Shown here piece by piece: positions 8,649 to 21,282 of a stretch of DNA of 64,000 nucleotides. The notes under the pieces were generated by a model. It saw only the letters and a program-made list of their open reading frames with translations. It was not told the origin of the DNA and did no database searches. How positions within the stretch are numbered: position 1 is the stretch's first letter; every line of letters starts with the position of its first letter. The DNA comes from an uncultured Pelagibacteraceae bacterium (GTDB taxonomy: Bacteria > Pseudomonadota > Alphaproteobacteria > Pelagibacterales > AG-422-B15). The stretch is from assembly GCA_902523535.1 (NCBI GenBank), contig CABYZQ010000001.1, positions 53,047 to 117,046 of the forward strand, read 5' to 3'. The translations under genes were made by a program, and so were the position numbers.

Positions 8649-10310
8649 TCAGATTCCTTTAAGTAGTTTTCTATGAATCTTTTCTTGAAGAGGCTCATCA
8701 ATATCGAGTTCTATTGCTTTTTTCCAATAATATCTCGCTTGTATTTCATTTCCAAGCATCCAAAGTACGTCTCCGTAATGATCATTAACTGTGGGATCAT
8801 AAGGCATCATATCAATTGAAAACTCTAGCAAAGAGAGCGCATCTTCATATTGCCCAACCTTATAATAATACCAAGCCAGACTATCAATAATGTAAGGATC
8901 GTTGGGCTTTAAAGAAATTGCCTTTTCAATCATTTCCTTGGCTGTAGATAAATTTTGATCCATATCAATATAAGAATAACCTAAATAATTTAATACATCT
9001 GGCTGTTCTTCATAAAGTTCTAACGCATTGATAAAGTTTTGTTCAGCCAATTTCCAATTTTTTGTTCTTTCATGAACTATCCCAATATTAAAATAAACTT
9101 CCCACAAGTTATCTTTATCTAATGCTTCTCCTAAATCGAGTGCTGTTCGATACGACTTAATTGCGTTGTCCCAATCCTTTTCGTATCGATAAAAATTTCC
9201 GAGTGATAAAAATATTTCAAAATTTTCTTCACTTTCTGAAAAATTTTTTAAGTTATTGATAGCTTTTGCACTTTCATCTTCATAACTATATGTTTCCGAT
9301 ATTTGAATTGCTGCAAAATGTCCTAGATAATGAGTTTTAGGTATTAAGCTTAAGATATCTCGAGCTTTATCTTGATCTTGTGTTTGGCTCAAGAATGTTG
9401 CAAATATATATTTTATCTCATGCATATTAGGTGATGTCTCTAGGGCCAATTGAAATAACATATGGGACAATTCTTGATTAACGTTTTTGATTAATGATTG
9501 TGCGTTGAATAAAACAATACCAATTCCCTGTAATGGATTCTGAATAATTCGATTATTATTGGATTTAGTAAACTTCTCTATAAACGCATCATCATAATCA
9601 GACAAATATTCACTTACAAAATTATTTTTTTCTTTTACAAGATTATTTCTGTTCAAAAAATTTAAATATAACTGCATTACATAAAGATCGTTTTGCATAG
9701 ACAGTGATTGCTCATAAAAAATTTCTGCTAATTCAATCTCATCAGCAAAGTCATATATGAGAGCCTTATGAACCAAGGTAAGATATTGATGATCATCAGA
9801 TGATATCAGGTCGATCAATGCCATGCTCTTATCAAGAGAGGGACTATCGGCCCAAACCCAGGCTCTTAAAAGCCTAACAAAAGTACTGTCTGATATTTCT
9901 CCTCTCCATATACTGGCAAAACTCTGATCAGCAAAACCTTGCTTGTAAGAGTTTAAATATGAAATGCCATTTACGAGATGACCCTGAGGTGACTGATTGT
10001 TCATGCAGCATGAGTTTACTTTTTTATCACAGCCTGCCTGAGCTAATTTAAATGAATAGTTATTGGCGCTGTACAAGTCACCATCTAAGATACTAAGAAG
10101 TAGTAATCGATCTAAAGCTAATAGATCATTTGGGTTTGATCGGTGTAATTTTTGGTAATACCTTTTGGTTATTTTATAATCATTTGAATTACTTGATATG
10201 TTTGCAACTAAATAATCACCTATTTTTGGTAAATTTGTTTTAGCGGCATTCGCTGAGCTGAAAGATAGAATAAATATTAAGATGAAAGAGAGTAGTCTTA
10301 TAATACTCAT
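8649..10310 (-). CDS. secreted tetratricopeptide (TPR) repeat protein
   Basis: N-terminal signal peptide (ILIFILSFSSANA) and repeated TPR-like W/Y..A...Y..AL units in the C-terminal half. A TPR gene upstream of ispE is common in alphaproteobacteria. Confidence 0.75.
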   Translation of the reverse strand: MSIIRLLSFILIFILSFSSANAAKTNLPKIGDYLVANISSNSNDYKITKRYYQKLHRSNPNDLLALDRLLLLSILDGDLYSANNYSFKLAQAGCDKKVNSCCMNNQSPQGHLVNGISYLNSYKQGFADQSFASIWRGEISDSTFVRLLRAWVWADSPSLDKSMALIDLISSDDHQYLTLVHKALIYDFADEIELAEIFYEQSLSMQNDLYVMQLYLNFLNRNNLVKEKNNFVSEYLSDYDDAFIEKFTKSNNNRIIQNPLQGIGIVLFNAQSLIKNVNQELSHMLFQLALETSPNMHEIKYIFATFLSQTQDQDKARDILSLIPKTHYLGHFAAIQISETYSYEDESAKAINNLKNFSESEENFEIFLSLGNFYRYEKDWDNAIKSYRTALDLGEALDKDNLWEVYFNIGIVHERTKNWKLAEQNFINALELYEEQPDVLNYLGYSYIDMDQNLSTAKEMIEKAISLKPNDPYIIDSLAWYYYKVGQYEDALSLLEFSIDMMPYDPTVNDHYGDVLWMLGNEIQARYYWKKAIELDIDEPLQEKIHRKLLKGI

Positions 10311-10322
10311 ACTCGTCTAATT

Positions 10323-11969
10323 TTACATATTTGCATACTTTGGCCCACCTCCACCTTCAGGTGTCACCCAATTGATATTTTGCGACGGCTCTTTGATGTC
10401 ACACGTTTTGCAGTGAATACAATTTTGACTATTGATCACAAATCTAGGTGTTTCATTCTCATTATCTTGATGGACTTCGTAAACTCCTACAGGACAATAT
10501 CTTTGTGAAGGTTCGTCGTACTCGTTCAATGTATAACTTATCGGCAATTCACTATCTTTTAGTTGAAGGTGAACAGGTTGATTTTCTGTATGGTATGTGC
10601 CCGTCAAATAAACCGAGCTTGACCTATCAAAGGTTAGTACCCCGTCAGGCTTAGGGTATTGAATTTTTTTTGCGTCTTTAGCTTTGATAAGTGTTTCATG
10701 GTCAGCGTGCTTGTGGGATAAAGTGAATGGCATTTTTCCCCAAAACAACCATTGATCAATTCCTGCTAACATGACGCCTAACATTGTTCCAAATCTGGTA
10801 AAGAAAGGCTTCACGTTCCGTGCTGCATGAAGTTCTTTATAAAGCCAGCTACTATTAAATTTTTCCTCATAAACTGATAAATCAGACACTCTTTCGGAAA
10901 TAAATTCATTGATAGCTTCTGCGGCTAGAATTCCACTTTTCATAGCAGTATGCGATCCTTTAATCTTAGGCATGTTTAAAGTGCCGGCATCACATCCAAT
11001 AAGTAACGCACCTGGCATATACATTTTTGGTAAACTTTGAAGTCCACCTTCAATTAATGCTCTTGCTCCATATGAAATTCTTTTGCCACCAGATAACATT
11101 TTTTTAATGGCTGGATGTGTTTTAAATCTTTGAAATTCTTCAAAAGGTGAGAGATATGGGTTTGAGTAATCTAAGCCAATAACATACCCTAGATAAATTT
11201 GTTTATTTTCTGCATGGTAAACAAAGCTGCCACCGTAAGTATCATTTTCTAAAGGCCATCCAACTGAATGTAAAACCATTCCCTCGTCATGATTCTCTTC
11301 CGGAACTTCCCATATTTCTTTTAAACCAATTCCATATTGCTGAGGATCAGAATTCTCTGATAAATTAAATTTATTAATTAATTGTTTACCTAGATGACCT
11401 CTGCATCCTTCTGCAAACACAGTAACTTTGGCATGCAGTTCTATACCTGGTTCATATGAGTCTTTTTTTTCATTATTTATATCAAGACCCATATCATTTG
11501 TCGCAACACCTCTTACTTTCCCTTGCTCATCAAAAAGAATTTCTGAAGCTGCAAATCCAGGATATATCTCAACACCCATACCTTCAGCAACTTGCCCAAG
11601 CCATCTACATAAATTAGCAAGGCTGGTTATATAATTGCCTTTGTTATGTTGAACAGGAGGCAACAAAAATGATGGAACAGAGAAATAACTTTTTTCGGAT
11701 AGAACTAAAAATTTCTCTTTTGATACTTTGGTTTTTAAAGGACAGCCTTCCATAGACTGCCAGTCAGGTAATAGTTCATCTAGTGCTTTGGTTTCAAATA
11801 CGTTTCCACTCAAAATATGGGCTCCGACCTCTGAGGCCTTCTCAACTATGCACACGTTTGCATCAGCATTAATTTGCTTTAATTTGATAGCAGTTGCTAG
11901 ACCCGAGGGTCCCGCTCCGACGATAACTACGTCGTACTCCATCGTTTCTCTTTGAGTATCAGTCTCCAT
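10323..11969 (-). CDS. electron transfer flavoprotein-ubiquinone oxidoreductase (ETF-QO)
   Basis: FAD fold YDVVIVGAGPSGL; C-terminal 4Fe-4S region CPVGVYE...CIHCKTCDIKEP...GGGGPKY. Confidence 0.93.
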   Translation of the reverse strand: METDTQRETMEYDVVIVGAGPSGLATAIKLKQINADANVCIVEKASEVGAHILSGNVFETKALDELLPDWQSMEGCPLKTKVSKEKFLVLSEKSYFSVPSFLLPPVQHNKGNYITSLANLCRWLGQVAEGMGVEIYPGFAASEILFDEQGKVRGVATNDMGLDINNEKKDSYEPGIELHAKVTVFAEGCRGHLGKQLINKFNLSENSDPQQYGIGLKEIWEVPEENHDEGMVLHSVGWPLENDTYGGSFVYHAENKQIYLGYVIGLDYSNPYLSPFEEFQRFKTHPAIKKMLSGGKRISYGARALIEGGLQSLPKMYMPGALLIGCDAGTLNMPKIKGSHTAMKSGILAAEAINEFISERVSDLSVYEEKFNSSWLYKELHAARNVKPFFTRFGTMLGVMLAGIDQWLFWGKMPFTLSHKHADHETLIKAKDAKKIQYPKPDGVLTFDRSSSVYLTGTYHTENQPVHLQLKDSELPISYTLNEYDEPSQRYCPVGVYEVHQDNENETPRFVINSQNCIHCKTCDIKEPSQNINWVTPEGGGGPKYANM

Positions 11970-12015
11970 TATTAACTATATATTTAGTTTATAAGCATTA
12001 TAATTCAATTTGTTT

Positions 12016-12765
12016 ATGACGAAGTTAGATATTCAAAATACTATAAAACTACTAAATCAATATAAATTAAGCGGGGTTGATGAAAATATAGGAAATATGG
12101 CAAAAAATAGGTATGGAAAAGGAACAATAAAATCGCCTGATAAGCTCCAGTCAAAAGAAGAAATAGACTTTCCTCAGTATGAAATCGAAAAAGATATTCT
12201 CAATATTGATAGTCTAGAATCATTAAAAGAATACATGTCAAATTTTAAAGGCTGTGAACTTCATAAAAGCGCAACAAATATGGTCTTTTCAGATGGAAAC
12301 CCAAGTGCAAAAATCATGCTTATAGGTGAGGCTCCAGGTCATGATGAGGATATTCAAGGGAAGCCCTTTGTTGGAAGAAGTGGCAAGCTGTTGGATAAAA
12401 TGCTAGAGGCCATCGATCTAAATCGAGAGAAAGTTTACATTGCAAATATTGTTCCGTGGAGACCACCAAATAACAGAAGGCCAACAGACGAAGAGATTGA
12501 GATATGTTTACCAATGATAAAAAAGCATATTGAAATAGTAAATCCAAAAGCAATTTTGTTATTAGGAAGTACTGCTACTTATGCATTAATTAAAAATAAT
12601 GAGGGAATTACCAAGATTAGGGGAAAGTGGTTAGATATAGAAATTAATAAAAAAAAGTATCCGATACTACCTACATTCCACCCAGCTTTCTTGTTAAGAC
12701 AGCCAGCTCAAAAAAAGTTTTCTTGGGAAGATTTAAAAAGTTTAAAGAAAAAAGTAAAAATATAA
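12016..12765 (+). CDS. uracil-DNA glycosylase, family 4
   Basis: GEAPGHDED and HPAFLLRQP motifs. The ORF opens at TTG 12010; the ATG at 12016 is preferred. Confidence 0.88.
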   Translation: MTKLDIQNTIKLLNQYKLSGVDENIGNMAKNRYGKGTIKSPDKLQSKEEIDFPQYEIEKDILNIDSLESLKEYMSNFKGCELHKSATNMVFSDGNPSAKIMLIGEAPGHDEDIQGKPFVGRSGKLLDKMLEAIDLNREKVYIANIVPWRPPNNRRPTDEEIEICLPMIKKHIEIVNPKAILLLGSTATYALIKNNEGITKIRGKWLDIEINKKKYPILPTFHPAFLLRQPAQKKFSWEDLKSLKKKVKI

Positions 12766-12766
12766 A

Positions 12767-13372
12767 TTGAAATTTGACCCTCAGAAATTAATTGCTTTTG
12801 AAAATAACTTTTCCTTGCCCATTGCTGGTATTGATGAAGTTGGTAGAGGTCCACTTGCTGGTCCAGTAATTGCAGCAGCCGTAATACTTGATAGAAAAAA
12901 TATTCCAGAAGGAATTAATGACTCTAAAAAAATTCCTAAAGCTAAAAGAATATTGTTAGCGGAAAAGATAAAAGAGAATAGTATTTATGCCTATGGAGCC
13001 GCATCCGAGATAGAAATAGATGAGATCAATATCTTACAAGCTTCATTATTAGCAATGAAAAGAGCAAGTGACAGACTATCGGTCGTTCCGAAAACAACAC
13101 TTATCGATGGTAATTTCAAACCAGATATAAAAAACAACACCATTAGTATTATTAAAGGAGATAGTAAGTCTGTTTCGATTGCCGCAGCATCTATTCTAGC
13201 TAAAGTTTATAGAGACGAAATTATGCTTAAATATTCAAAGCAATTTCCAGAATATGGCTTTCAAACCAATTCAGGTTATGGAACAAAAGAGCACCTTTCA
13301 GCTCTAAAAAACTATGGAATTACCCCAATACATCGAAAATCTTTTAAACCTGTACACAATATATTGAATTAA
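12767..13372 (+). CDS. rnhB: ribonuclease HII
   Basis: GIDEVGRGPLAGPV and DSKK motifs; TTG start 1 nt after the udg stop. Confidence 0.93.
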   Translation: MKFDPQKLIAFENNFSLPIAGIDEVGRGPLAGPVIAAAVILDRKNIPEGINDSKKIPKAKRILLAEKIKENSIYAYGAASEIEIDEINILQASLLAMKRASDRLSVVPKTTLIDGNFKPDIKNNTISIIKGDSKSVSIAAASILAKVYRDEIMLKYSKQFPEYGFQTNSGYGTKEHLSALKNYGITPIHRKSFKPVHNILN

Positions 13373-13391
13373 GAAGATTATTTAAGTTATT

Positions 13392-15593
<2,202 letters not shown>

Positions 15594-15606
15594 GCTAATT
15601 TCTAAT

Positions 15607-16089
15607 ATGTCTTATAAAAAACTTAATGGACCTCAAATTCTATCAAATCTTCTACCAAATGGCGCAAAGAAATTATTAAAAAACAGAGGATTTTTTGAAC
15701 TAGAACTACTTTCAAATTGGGAGAAAATTGTTGGTACAAGTTTTAATAAATTATCCTACCCAACTAAAATCAAAACATCGAACTCGAGCCCTAAAGGAAA
15801 GGGCAAACTTGTGGTTAAAGTCGATAGAAGCATATCTTTTGCTTTTGAACATGAGCATAAAAAAATTGTAGATAAAATAAATTTATTTTTTGGCTACAAT
15901 GCGGTTGAGAAGATTGAAATAATTCAAATCAATTTAAAAAATAAAAAATCCAGAAAAGATATTAATTTCAATGAATTAGATAGCGAAATTAAAGAGAAAA
16001 ATAAGACATATGAAGAGCTATCAGATTTTCCAGAACTAAAAAAAAGCTTTGAAAAAATTGCTTCAAAAATTTCTAAGACGAAATTTTGA
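15607..16089 (+). CDS. DUF721-family protein
   Basis: Sits in the conserved alphaproteobacterial mutY / DUF721 / dsbA / smc order, with matching size. The ATG at 15607 is preferred because the 15592 start would overlap the divergent mutY start codon. Confidence 0.6.
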   Translation: MSYKKLNGPQILSNLLPNGAKKLLKNRGFFELELLSNWEKIVGTSFNKLSYPTKIKTSNSSPKGKGKLVVKVDRSISFAFEHEHKKIVDKINLFFGYNAVEKIEIIQINLKNKKSRKDINFNELDSEIKEKNKTYEELSDFPELKKSFEKIASKISKTKF

Positions 16090-16214
16090 CAAATTCTTTT
16101 TGTACTTAGAATTGTACAATAAAACCTATTAAAATTGATAAAAATTGAGTATATTCAACATGTTGTGTATTGTTTTAGTCATTGTATACAAAATGTAGGC
16201 TATAGTTATTAAAA

Positions 16215-16826
16215 ATGAAAAGTATTCATAAATTCTCTATCTTTCTTGTCTCACTCTTGGTGTCTTATCAATCGCTAGCCATAAGTAGCACATTAAGAGG
16301 AATGCAGCTTGGAGATGATGCTGCTCCATTGACTATTGTTGAATACCGTTCTTTAACTTGTAGTCACTGTGCAGATTTCAGCAATAATATTTTTCCGGAA
16401 ATTAAAGTGAAATATATTGATACGGGAAAAATTAAATTTGAGGTCAGACCCTTTGCGTTGAATGCAATTGATTTAAATGCTTTTAAACTACTACACTGCA
16501 CAGACGAAAAAGATTTTTTTGCTATGGAAAAACTTTTATTTCAGGATCAAAAAAAGTGGATTGTTACAAAACAAAGTGACCGAGTGTTAGAAAACAGCAC
16601 AGATGCATTAAGAACATATTCTACATTATTCAGCATTTCTGAGGACGAATTCAATTCCTGCATGGAAAATGAAGAAATAACAGATTTTATTTTGACAATG
16701 AGAATAGATGCCGTTGAGGATTATGATGTTTACTCTACCCCATCCTTTATCATAGATGGAGACCTCTATTCAGGAAATATGTCTTTTTCAGAATTTGAAA
16801 AGATAATTGAGAAAAAAATTAATTAA
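16215..16826 (+). CDS. DsbA-family thiol:disulfide oxidoreductase (periplasmic)
   Basis: Signal peptide and thioredoxin-fold CSHC active site. Confidence 0.85.
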   Translation: MKSIHKFSIFLVSLLVSYQSLAISSTLRGMQLGDDAAPLTIVEYRSLTCSHCADFSNNIFPEIKVKYIDTGKIKFEVRPFALNAIDLNAFKLLHCTDEKDFFAMEKLLFQDQKKWIVTKQSDRVLENSTDALRTYSTLFSISEDEFNSCMENEEITDFILTMRIDAVEDYDVYSTPSFIIDGDLYSGNMSFSEFEKIIEKKIN

Positions 16827-19420
16827 TGAAATTTAAAAAAATTAAAATCTTAGGCTTTAAATCTTTTGTTGACCCAACTGAGTTAAACATTGAACAAGGT
16901 CTTACTGGAATTGTAGGCCCTAATGGATGCGGTAAATCTAATGTAGTTGAATCGTTAAGATGGTGTATGGGAGAAACATCAGCAAAAAGTATGAGGGGCT
17001 CGGGAATGGAAGATGTGATTTTCTCAGGTACTGCAGACAGACCATCAAGAAATAATGCTGAAGTCACAATTTATTTAGATAATGAAGATAGAAAGGCGCC
17101 AGCAGAATTTAATGATCAAACAGAAATTCAAGTAAAAAGGAAAATTGAGGTAGAAAGAGGTTCTGATTACAAAATTAACGGCAAAGACGTTAGAGCAAGA
17201 GACGTGCAGAGACTATTTGCAGACCTTTCTACCGGAGCTCATTCACCTTCTCTTATTAGCCAAGGACGAGTTGGGGCTTTAATAAATGCAAAACCAATAG
17301 ACAGAAGGTCAGTATTGGAAGAAGCGGCTGGGATTTCTGGCCTTCACTCGAGAAGACATGAAGCAGAACTAAAACTCAAAGGTGCTGAAAATAATCTCCA
17401 GCGAGTTAAAGACTTGATGAAACAACTAAATACTCAAATAAACAATCTGAAAAAACAAGCAGAACAAGCTGAAACTTACCGATCCATCTCCTCTGAAATC
17501 AGTAAATTAGAGGGCATAGTGCTGTTTTTAAAATGGACGTCATTAAAGGAGTCTTTCGAAAAGTCTGATGAGGATTTGAAAACAAGTGAGTCACAAATTC
17601 AAAAATTTACTCTAGAGGTTACCCAAGCAACTAACGAGCAACTAAAATCTAATGAGAAGATAAAGCCTCTAAGAGAAAAAGAGATTGAAGCCGCTGCAAA
17701 GCTTAATCGAATTAATCTTGAGAGAGACACTCTAGATCAAGAAGAGGAAAGAATAAAAGATGAAAAGAAAAACCTCGAAAATTCGATACAACAAATAATT
17801 AGTGACAATGAGCGAGAGCAATTTCAGCTTGAGGATGCAATCAAAGATCTTGAGGCATTAAAATCTAGAAGGGATATAGAAGATAATGGTCAAAATACCG
17901 ATGAAATAAGCAACGAAACAATAGACCAGCTAAAGGTAGAAAAAGAAAAATTAGAAGCAAAAATTCTAGATCTCGATCAAGAGATAGAGCAGTACAATCA
18001 AATAAAAAATTCTAAAAGAGATGAATGGCAAGGTACACTCATAACTTCAGAAAACTTAAAATCACGAGAGTCAACTCTTAAAGAGGTTGAAGGCTATGAT
18101 GATCCACATAATTGGACATCTAAATTTAAGGAGAAATTTTACTTCCACTTAAAAGAGATAACCGAAAAGGTAATAAGCGCAAATCAGGCATCTCAAGAAG
18201 CAAGAAATGTCTACGATAGGTCGAGTAATGAAGCTAAAAAAGCTGCAACTTTGTCATTGGAACTGAGAGAACAACTTAGACAAAAAGATGTTGAACAAAA
18301 GCAAAGTGATTGGACCTATGAATATCAAAGATTAAGTAAAACAATTAGATCATCCAAAGAGCAGATAGAAAAATTAGCATCCAGAAAAACAAAATCTGAA
18401 GAAGAATTGAAAAAAATTTCAAATAGGCCTGAAGAAATTGCTCAACGAAGAGGGCAATTGATTGAAACAAAAGGCTTTGCAGAAACAGAAAGGCAGTTTG
18501 CTGCCGATAGACTTGCTGAAGCAGATAATGAGCTCAAAAAAATTGAGGCCAAACTTCGAAAAGCACAAAATGATCTAGCTAATATTAGAGAATCAAAAGG
18601 AAGAACAGAGGCCACAAAAGAATTAGCAGAATCTAGATTGAAAGAGCTAGAAGATGAGTCAAAAGAAAAGTTTAATTGCGTACCGCATGACATCGTAAGT
18701 GTTTTAAATATTGCCGAGGATCTTGATACGATGAAAACAAATGCAGATAGAACTGAAATTAGATTAGACAGATTAAAGCAGCAACGTGAAACAATGGGTG
18801 CAGTAAATTTAAGAGCTGATTTAGAAACAAAAGAAATCGATGATGAATTAGACAACATGACAAAAGAAAAAGAAGATCTCGAAAGTGCAATTAAAAAAAT
18901 GAGAGTCTCAATTGAAGATTTAAATAAAGAAGGTAGAACTAGGTTATTGAAAGCTTTTGATGCTGTAAATAGTCACTTTAAAGATGTATTCGTAAAATTA
19001 TTTAATGGAGGCAAGGCTCATCTTGAACTTATTGACTCTGATGATCCGTTAGAAGCTGGATTAGAAATGATGGTCAGTCCACCAGGTAAAAAATTGCAAT
19101 CTATGTCTCTTCTTTCAGGTGGAGAGCAAGCTCTTACTGCACTATCATTAATATTTGCGGTTTTTCTTACCAACCCATCGCCGATTTGTGTACTTGACGA
19201 GGTCGATGCTCCACTGGATGACGCTAACGTAGAGAGATTCTGTGGCCTGTTAGACAGCATAACAGACAAGACCAATACTAAGTTTTTAATAATAACACAC
19301 CACGCCCTGACCATGTCTAGAATGGACAGATTATTTGGCGTTACGATGGCTGAGCGAGGAGTTAGTCAAATAGTCTCTGTAGATCTCAAGAAAGCTGAGG
19401 AAATTGGGGCTGTTGCTTAA
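16826..19420 (+). CDS. smc: SMC chromosome partition ATPase, unusually short (864 aa), no recognisable hinge
   Basis: Walker A GPNGCGKSN, signature LSGGEQALTALSL and Walker B VLDEVDAPLDDAN. The long E/K/Q-rich coiled-coil middle has no Gly-rich hinge motif. Confidence 0.88.
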   Translation: MKFKKIKILGFKSFVDPTELNIEQGLTGIVGPNGCGKSNVVESLRWCMGETSAKSMRGSGMEDVIFSGTADRPSRNNAEVTIYLDNEDRKAPAEFNDQTEIQVKRKIEVERGSDYKINGKDVRARDVQRLFADLSTGAHSPSLISQGRVGALINAKPIDRRSVLEEAAGISGLHSRRHEAELKLKGAENNLQRVKDLMKQLNTQINNLKKQAEQAETYRSISSEISKLEGIVLFLKWTSLKESFEKSDEDLKTSESQIQKFTLEVTQATNEQLKSNEKIKPLREKEIEAAAKLNRINLERDTLDQEEERIKDEKKNLENSIQQIISDNEREQFQLEDAIKDLEALKSRRDIEDNGQNTDEISNETIDQLKVEKEKLEAKILDLDQEIEQYNQIKNSKRDEWQGTLITSENLKSRESTLKEVEGYDDPHNWTSKFKEKFYFHLKEITEKVISANQASQEARNVYDRSSNEAKKAATLSLELREQLRQKDVEQKQSDWTYEYQRLSKTIRSSKEQIEKLASRKTKSEEELKKISNRPEEIAQRRGQLIETKGFAETERQFAADRLAEADNELKKIEAKLRKAQNDLANIRESKGRTEATKELAESRLKELEDESKEKFNCVPHDIVSVLNIAEDLDTMKTNADRTEIRLDRLKQQRETMGAVNLRADLETKEIDDELDNMTKEKEDLESAIKKMRVSIEDLNKEGRTRLLKAFDAVNSHFKDVFVKLFNGGKAHLELIDSDDPLEAGLEMMVSPPGKKLQSMSLLSGGEQALTALSLIFAVFLTNPSPICVLDEVDAPLDDANVERFCGLLDSITDKTNTKFLIITHHALTMSRMDRLFGVTMAERGVSQIVSVDLKKAEEIGAVA

Positions 19421-19702
19421 ATGTCATCTGATCAGAATGACATTCATAACCTGCAAGAGAAAATTCAAGCAGCTAAAAAGTCATCCTCACCAGACGCTCC
19501 AAATGCTCCTAAACCCATAGGAAAAATCATGAAAGTGGTGGTAGAAATTGTCGCAGCAATGGCCGTTGGCCTTGGCATAGGGATCTTGGCAGACAATTAT
19601 TTTGAGACGCGACCCTTATTTATAATTATCTTCTTCCTGTTGGGCAGCGCAGCGGGAATTCTTAATGTTTTTAGGGTTGCAAAAAGCCTTCAAAATAACT
19701 AA
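19421..19702 (+). CDS. atpI: ATP synthase protein I-like small membrane protein (AtpI/AtpZ family)
   Basis: 93 aa with two TM helices, directly preceding atpB as in alphaproteobacterial F0 operons. Starts immediately after the smc stop (TAAATG). Confidence 0.7.
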   Translation: MSSDQNDIHNLQEKIQAAKKSSSPDAPNAPKPIGKIMKVVVEIVAAMAVGLGIGILADNYFETRPLFIIIFFLLGSAAGILNVFRVAKSLQNN

Positions 19703-19713
19703 AAAATAACTCA

Positions 19714-20454
19714 ATGGCTGCAGATAATCCTATAGATCCAATACATCAGTTTGAAATCTCTAAAATTGCTGAGATGCAAATAGCAGGTATAGATATTTCA
19801 TTTACCAATTCATCTCTATTCATGGTCTTCGCGATAGCAGCCACAATGACTCTTTTTATATTAGGCTTATCAAAACGGTCCATCATTCCAAATAGAATGC
19901 AAATGCTATCCGAGTTATCATACAATTTCATTGCCAACATGTTGCGTGATCAGGTCGGAGACCAAGGGAGAGCTTATTTCCCATTTATTTTTTCTTTGTT
20001 CATGTTTATTTTCTTTTGTAATTTTATAGGCCTTATTCCTTATACATTTACAGTAACAAGTCATCTTGTTGTTACCTTTGCATTTGCTGGTTTAATTTTT
20101 CTAGCGGTAACCATAATCGGTTTCATGAAGAACGGCCTTGGTTATCTTAGAATATTCTATCCATCAGGTATTCCAATATTTCTGGCACCCTTAATTGTTC
20201 CAATAGAAATCATCTCTTATTTATCTAAGCCAATCAGTTTATCCGTAAGATTGTGCGCAAACATGCTTGCGGGTCACAGTATATTAAAAATCTTTGCAGG
20301 ATTTATTGTGATGCTTGGTTTTCTTGGCTTTGCTCCATTAATTTTTCTTGTAGTTTTATATGCGCTTGAAACATTAATTGCGGCTCTTCAAGCATACATA
20401 TTTACTATTTTAACTTGTATCTATTTAAATGATGCCCTTCATCCGGATCATTAA
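19714..20454 (+). CDS. atpB: F0F1 ATP synthase subunit a
   Basis: Essential-Arg motif LSVRLCANMLAGH; polytopic membrane protein. Confidence 0.95.
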   Translation: MAADNPIDPIHQFEISKIAEMQIAGIDISFTNSSLFMVFAIAATMTLFILGLSKRSIIPNRMQMLSELSYNFIANMLRDQVGDQGRAYFPFIFSLFMFIFFCNFIGLIPYTFTVTSHLVVTFAFAGLIFLAVTIIGFMKNGLGYLRIFYPSGIPIFLAPLIVPIEIISYLSKPISLSVRLCANMLAGHSILKIFAGFIVMLGFLGFAPLIFLVVLYALETLIAALQAYIFTILTCIYLNDALHPDH

Positions 20455-20709
<255 letters not shown>

Positions 20710-20715
20710 AACATA

Positions 20716-21264
20716 ATGAAATTTTTTCTTAAAATTTTTATTTTTATTTTGCCCTTATCTGAAGCTTATGCTGAAGGTCAGAAATCTGCTGGCCTTCCGC
20801 AAATGGATATTTCAACTTTCCCATCACAATTATTCTGGCTGATAATTACTTTTACGGCTTTGTATTTGTTCATGTGGAAATTTGTGATTCCAAGGCTGAG
20901 TACAACAATAGAAGAAAGAAAAGATAAAATTTCTAATGATATTAATGATGCTGAAAATCTTAATTCTGAAGCAAGTAAAATTTTAGAAAATTATGACGAT
21001 AAAATGAATTCTGCATCTCTTGAGTCAAATGAAATAGTCTCAAGTTCTAAAGCCACTATGAATGAATACTTAGATAAATTAAAAAAAGATAATGAAATCA
21101 AGATTAATGCAATGATTACAGAATCTGAAAAGAAAATTCATCAACAAAAACAACAGTCTGAACAGGAAATTAAAAAAGCTACTATAGACACTATTAAATC
21201 TATCGTTTCTAAGTATGTTGAGACTGTTCCTAGTGATGATGAAATCTCAAAAAAGCTTAATTGA
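20716..21264 (+). CDS. atpF2: F0F1 ATP synthase subunit b'
   Basis: Single N-terminal TM helix followed by a long charged helix. First of the two b-type genes typical of alphaproteobacteria. Confidence 0.85.
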   Translation: MKFFLKIFIFILPLSEAYAEGQKSAGLPQMDISTFPSQLFWLIITFTALYLFMWKFVIPRLSTTIEERKDKISNDINDAENLNSEASKILENYDDKMNSASLESNEIVSSSKATMNEYLDKLKKDNEIKINAMITESEKKIHQQKQQSEQEIKKATIDTIKSIVSKYVETVPSDDEISKKLN

Positions 21265-21282
21265 TATGGAAATTTATAACTA

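Noticed and set aside
18442-18858. 138-aa ORF antisense to smc. A further 98-aa antisense ORF lies at 19018-19314.
   Set aside because: It lies entirely inside a well-supported gene on the opposite strand. The Ser/Leu/Phe-rich low-complexity translation is what the reverse complement of an E/K/Q-rich coiled-coil gives. No start context or known motif.
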